This document shows positions 60,746-64,000 of a stretch of DNA of 64,000 bases, in pieces. The stretch is from positions 1 through 64,000 of the forward strand of contig VRVR01000029.1 of NCBI GenBank assembly GCA_009859145.1, given 5' to 3'. How positions within the stretch are numbered: position 1 is the stretch's first letter; every line of letters starts with the position of its first letter. Position numbers and translations under genes: made by a program. The stretch is from Andalucia godoyi And28 (taxonomy: Eukaryota > Protista > Jakobida). The notes beneath the pieces were generated by a model. That model did not search any database. It was given only the letters and a program-made list of their open reading frames with translations, and was not told the origin of the DNA.

Positions 60746-62473
60746 ATGAATCCATCGGGATTTCTGGGTGGTCCGCAGGCGGAAAGAGTGTCTTCGTCAG
60801 GATCGAGCAGCCGTGGGACCGGATCTGGATCATCGGCAATCACTGGACCACCGAAGACTTCTTCGTCCGGTCATGCGATTCTGTCGATTCCCTCGCGACC
60901 GGACCCGGTTCCGTCGGCTGGGCTGAACGTGACTTCGAAGACGGCCGAGTCGGAAATGCGAGATACGATTCGCAAGCTGAATGCCATGTTGAGACGATAC
61001 CAACTCAAAGAGGAGGAGCGGCGCAGATCGGCGGCAGAAGCGGGCGAGACGCTGCATGATACGCTTGGAGCTGGCATTGCCGAGGACTTCTCCGAGCTGC
61101 TTCCGCCATGGAGCGTGTACTCGCCTTTGAACCACCCATTGCTTTCTGCCTACGAGTCCTATACGCAGGAGCTGGAGCGGTCGAACAGCGAGCTGCAAAG
61201 GGACTACATGAGGTGTTCGAAGGAATGCACTGGTCTGGTGAAGGAGAACGACCAGCTGAGAAGTGAGCTTTCGAGTGCCCTGCAGGCGCTCGTGGACGCT
61301 CCGGCGAATGGCCCCTCGGATGCGGCGCATGTCGATGCGGATTTGAAAGAGCGTATTTCGTTGCTGTCGGAGGAAAACGACCTCCTGCTGGTGCAGATTC
61401 GCCGGATGGAAGAGGCAGAAAAGAGCCGGACAGACTCGGAAGAGAAGAGGTTTCAGCAGAGATCGATTGGTCTGGAGCGAGAACGAGATGATCTGCGGAA
61501 AGTGATTGCGCAGTTTGAAGAATCAGAGCGTGGGACGCAAAAGCAGTTGACGACGCTGTCCATTTCTCTGGAACAAGCGATGCGAGAGCGAGAACAAATG
61601 CAAAGAGAGCTGAAGAAGCTTGCGGAATCCGCTTCGTTTGATTCGTTTCCTGCTGCCAAGATTGTCGAGGATCTGAATTTGCAGCTCTTTGCTGCGATGC
61701 GCGAGCGAGACGAGGTGCGTGCCGAGTGCGACAAGGTGCGCCACGAACTTCGAAGGGTAGTTGCTCAAGGCCAACGCGAGCGCATCGTCGTCAAGACTCC
61801 AGAAAAGCAAGTCGTCATCAAGGTTGCAGAGCGAGAGAAAATCGTGCGAGAAAAGGATGTGGTGAGAGAGACGCAGCTGGAAGAAGAAAACCGAAAACTG
61901 AAGGACGCTTTGAAAAGTGCACTGAGCCAGGGACGGCGCGAAGGAGATTCGGAAAGGAGTCGCGTGGAAGCGGATCTCGCAAACAGTAGAGCTGAAGTCG
62001 CACAGCTGCAGACATCCATGGAGGATGCGCAGAAACAAATCGCTTTGCTGACGGCGGAAAGAACTTCGTGGAGAACAAATGCAGAACATTCACAGTATGA
62101 ACGACAGCAACTCGAAACAGACGTTCGAGCGTTGCAGCAGCGTGTGCAGGAGACCAAGGCTGAGTTTTCAGCGCTTTTGCGGAGAGAAGCAGATCTGGTT
62201 TCTTCCAAAAAGGACGCGTTTGTCGCCATCGAGAAGAGCGCCATTGAAAAGGAGAGGCTGGAGCGAGAACGAGATGCTGCGTTGCGGCGTGCTGATGATC
62301 TCAAGCGGCGACTGGAGTTTCTGCATGACCAACTGAAGGCTCCCGAGAACGCTGCGCCTTCTGCGACTCTGGTGGCGGAAATTGAGGAATCCATGACGGC
62401 AGAGGAAGCTCGAAAAATTCAGAGACTTCTGCGGAAGCTCCGCCAAAAGAAAGACGAAAGATACGTAATTTGA
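60746..62473 (+). CDS. CEP89: CEP89-like centriolar coiled-coil protein
   Basis: HPLLSAYE...CTGLVKENDQLRSEL resembles the CEP89 motif PLL.AY...V.EN..L. Confidence 0.5.
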   Translation: MNPSGFLGGPQAERVSSSGSSSRGTGSGSSAITGPPKTSSSGHAILSIPSRPDPVPSAGLNVTSKTAESEMRDTIRKLNAMLRRYQLKEEERRRSAAEAGETLHDTLGAGIAEDFSELLPPWSVYSPLNHPLLSAYESYTQELERSNSELQRDYMRCSKECTGLVKENDQLRSELSSALQALVDAPANGPSDAAHVDADLKERISLLSEENDLLLVQIRRMEEAEKSRTDSEEKRFQQRSIGLERERDDLRKVIAQFEESERGTQKQLTTLSISLEQAMREREQMQRELKKLAESASFDSFPAAKIVEDLNLQLFAAMRERDEVRAECDKVRHELRRVVAQGQRERIVVKTPEKQVVIKVAEREKIVREKDVVRETQLEEENRKLKDALKSALSQGRREGDSERSRVEADLANSRAEVAQLQTSMEDAQKQIALLTAERTSWRTNAEHSQYERQQLETDVRALQQRVQETKAEFSALLRREADLVSSKKDAFVAIEKSAIEKERLERERDAALRRADDLKRRLEFLHDQLKAPENAAPSATLVAEIEESMTAEEARKIQRLLRKLRQKKDERYVI

Positions 62474-62652
62474 TCAATCTCCGTTTCGTCTTTCCTCCTT
62501 TCTGTTCTTTATTTCTTTTTGTCTTTTTTTTTCTTTTAATTTAAATTTAAATAATACAGGGTGAGGGAGGTGCATCCATTAACAGCAGCAACAGCAAGCA
62601 TTGCATTGATAGATTGTAAATAAGAAAATACTGCATTGTAAAGGAGCTTGCG

Positions 62653-64000
62653 CTACTGTGTTGCAACCGATCCACTGTCAAACGACGGTCGCATACGAAA
62701 CTGGTTGGACGAAGATGCAGATGTGGCACGCTTGCTCTCGGTCACCGGCGGTCTGGGTTGACAAGGTGCTTCAACAGACGCACCCGCAGAGCCAGTGCGC
62801 TCTGTGCAGGAAGCGTGTGCCGCTGCCGCTGCCGCTTTCACACCTAGTTTGTGAGAATGAGCGGGCCGTTTTCCAGAACCCGCGCTGGACAACTTCCGTC
62901 CTGTCGAATTCGAGGAATAAGACCTACGTTTTAGCGAGCCTTTCGGCTTGTGGTGATGCCGCGTTTTCCCAGCCACAGACGTGGGCAGCACATCGCCATC
63001 CGTGTCCTGCACAAAAACAAAGTCATCTGCAAGAACATGCCGTCCGCCAAACACTGTAGCCTCTTGCCACCCATCCAACTGCCCCGAAATGTCCACGTTG
63101 CCCGACCTGTCTGCTCTCTCCGACGAGGATCGAGAAGACGTGCTCGTGTTGCTTGTCGACACCAACTCCACGGCCTCCACGGGCTCCTTTTTCGCAGGCA
63201 AAGAATTCTCAATCTCCAAGCGAATGCTACCATTGTGCATACCGCCAACCGAACGAAACCGGCGGACCAGCATGCGAGGAGATGAAGATGTGGTGCTTGC
63301 ATTGAGACTTGCAGCTTGCTGCTTCAGCAATTGGTCAATCGACCCCTTTCCAATTTCAATGTGCACGCCAGTCAACCGTCGGAAATTATCCACCTCAATA
63401 CTTGCATCGAGGTTGTCGGTGTCGAAAAAGTCGTGTCGCGGAGTTCTTCTGCGCGGCGACCGGACCTGACTTGGCGATGAAACTGCGGGCTTCGGCACCA
63501 GGTTGCTGGCCGACAAATCAGACAATGCATCATTTCCATTCCACAAGAAGGGTGTCAAGTGCGGCAGATTCCTGGTTCTGCGAGGCGTGTCGGCGGCAGC
63601 AGTGGAAGGCTTGCGAGGTTCAAAAAGAACCGTATCTCCCAATGCTCCATCAACTTTTTGCAGCAAAGGGTGACCAGCAGTCTCTGAATATGGTGTTCCA
63701 GATCCGCGAGCAGGTTCTGATATCCTGGAAAACGAAGACTTTTCATACTTGATCTTGAACGAGACTTGATCCGCTGTCCTCCTCGATCGCGGTGATGCTG
63801 ACAAGAGGACTTTTGACGGACTTACAGGAGGCACAATCGTCGGATCAATGCTGAACGGAGCAACTTTCTCCTTTGCGTTGGCACTCATGTCGAGAACAGT
63901 AAGAATCGCCTGTGTTCGCCTCGATGATTGCTCCAGCAAGCTGTTCGGAGACACGGATGTCCCTCTTGCAGAGCTCGGAGGCGATCCTTTCAGCCCATTC
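62653..64000 (-). CDS. Unknown Ser/Arg-rich protein, 5'-truncated by the window edge
   Basis: The frame is open from the window end to the stop at 62653. No family recognised. Confidence 0.6.
   Translation of the reverse strand, partial: NGLKGSPPSSARGTSVSPNSLLEQSSRRTQAILTVLDMSANAKEKVAPFSIDPTIVPPVSPSKVLLSASPRSRRTADQVSFKIKYEKSSFSRISEPARGSGTPYSETAGHPLLQKVDGALGDTVLFEPRKPSTAAADTPRRTRNLPHLTPFLWNGNDALSDLSASNLVPKPAVSSPSQVRSPRRRTPRHDFFDTDNLDASIEVDNFRRLTGVHIEIGKGSIDQLLKQQAASLNASTTSSSPRMLVRRFRSVGGMHNGSIRLEIENSLPAKKEPVEAVELVSTSNTSTSSRSSSERADRSGNVDISGQLDGWQEATVFGGRHVLADDFVFVQDTDGDVLPTSVAGKTRHHHKPKGSLKRRSYSSNSTGRKLSSAGSGKRPAHSHKLGVKAAAAAAHASCTERTGSAGASVEAPCQPRPPVTESKRATSASSSNQFRMRPSFDSGSVATQ

Noticed and set aside
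5049-62473. Many cilium/centriole genes in one window as a possible cluster
   Set aside because: They are interspersed with unrelated genes on both strands, as expected for a compact flagellate genome.
1-64000. CRISPR arrays, tRNA, rRNA, prokaryotic operons
   Set aside because: No repeat-spacer arrays, cloverleaf or rRNA signatures were seen, and gene content and introns are eukaryotic.

Overview
Gene-dense, intron-poor nuclear DNA from a flagellated, mitochondriate microbial eukaryote. The lineage is inferred from gene content only: ciliary/centriolar genes, heme synthesis, a tunnel-type RNA triphosphatase, and spliceosomal GT-AG introns. About 35 protein-coding genes are present, mostly single-exon. 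Housekeeping genes include EFL1, HMBS/hemC, UTP14, phosducin-like TXNDC9, NTA1, SEC11, kish, BUB2, Pth, PGPEP1, CET1, an SLC25 carrier and an OPA-family MFS transporter. Cilium/centrosome candidates are TTLL6, CFAP53, a BBS-type chaperonin, CEP89, WDR54 and a PACT-like coiled coil. Several genes look like proteins best known from animals: STRA6-like, IFI44-like (TLDc + GTPase), a gustatory-receptor-like 7TM ion channel candidate, KICS2 and glomulin. Two introns reconstructed by hand give a two-domain CISD3 with an atypical CDGRSC (Cys instead of His) first motif, and a probable fusion of an 882-aa coiled-coil ORF to the downstream WD40 ORF. Accessory DNA includes a decayed pogo/Fot1-like DDE transposase, two ~99% identical inverted copies of a related ~0.5-kb non-coding element, and a possible TnpB/Fanzor N-terminal relic. 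No rRNA, tRNA or CRISPR array was recognised. All family assignments come from remembered motifs; no database search was run.
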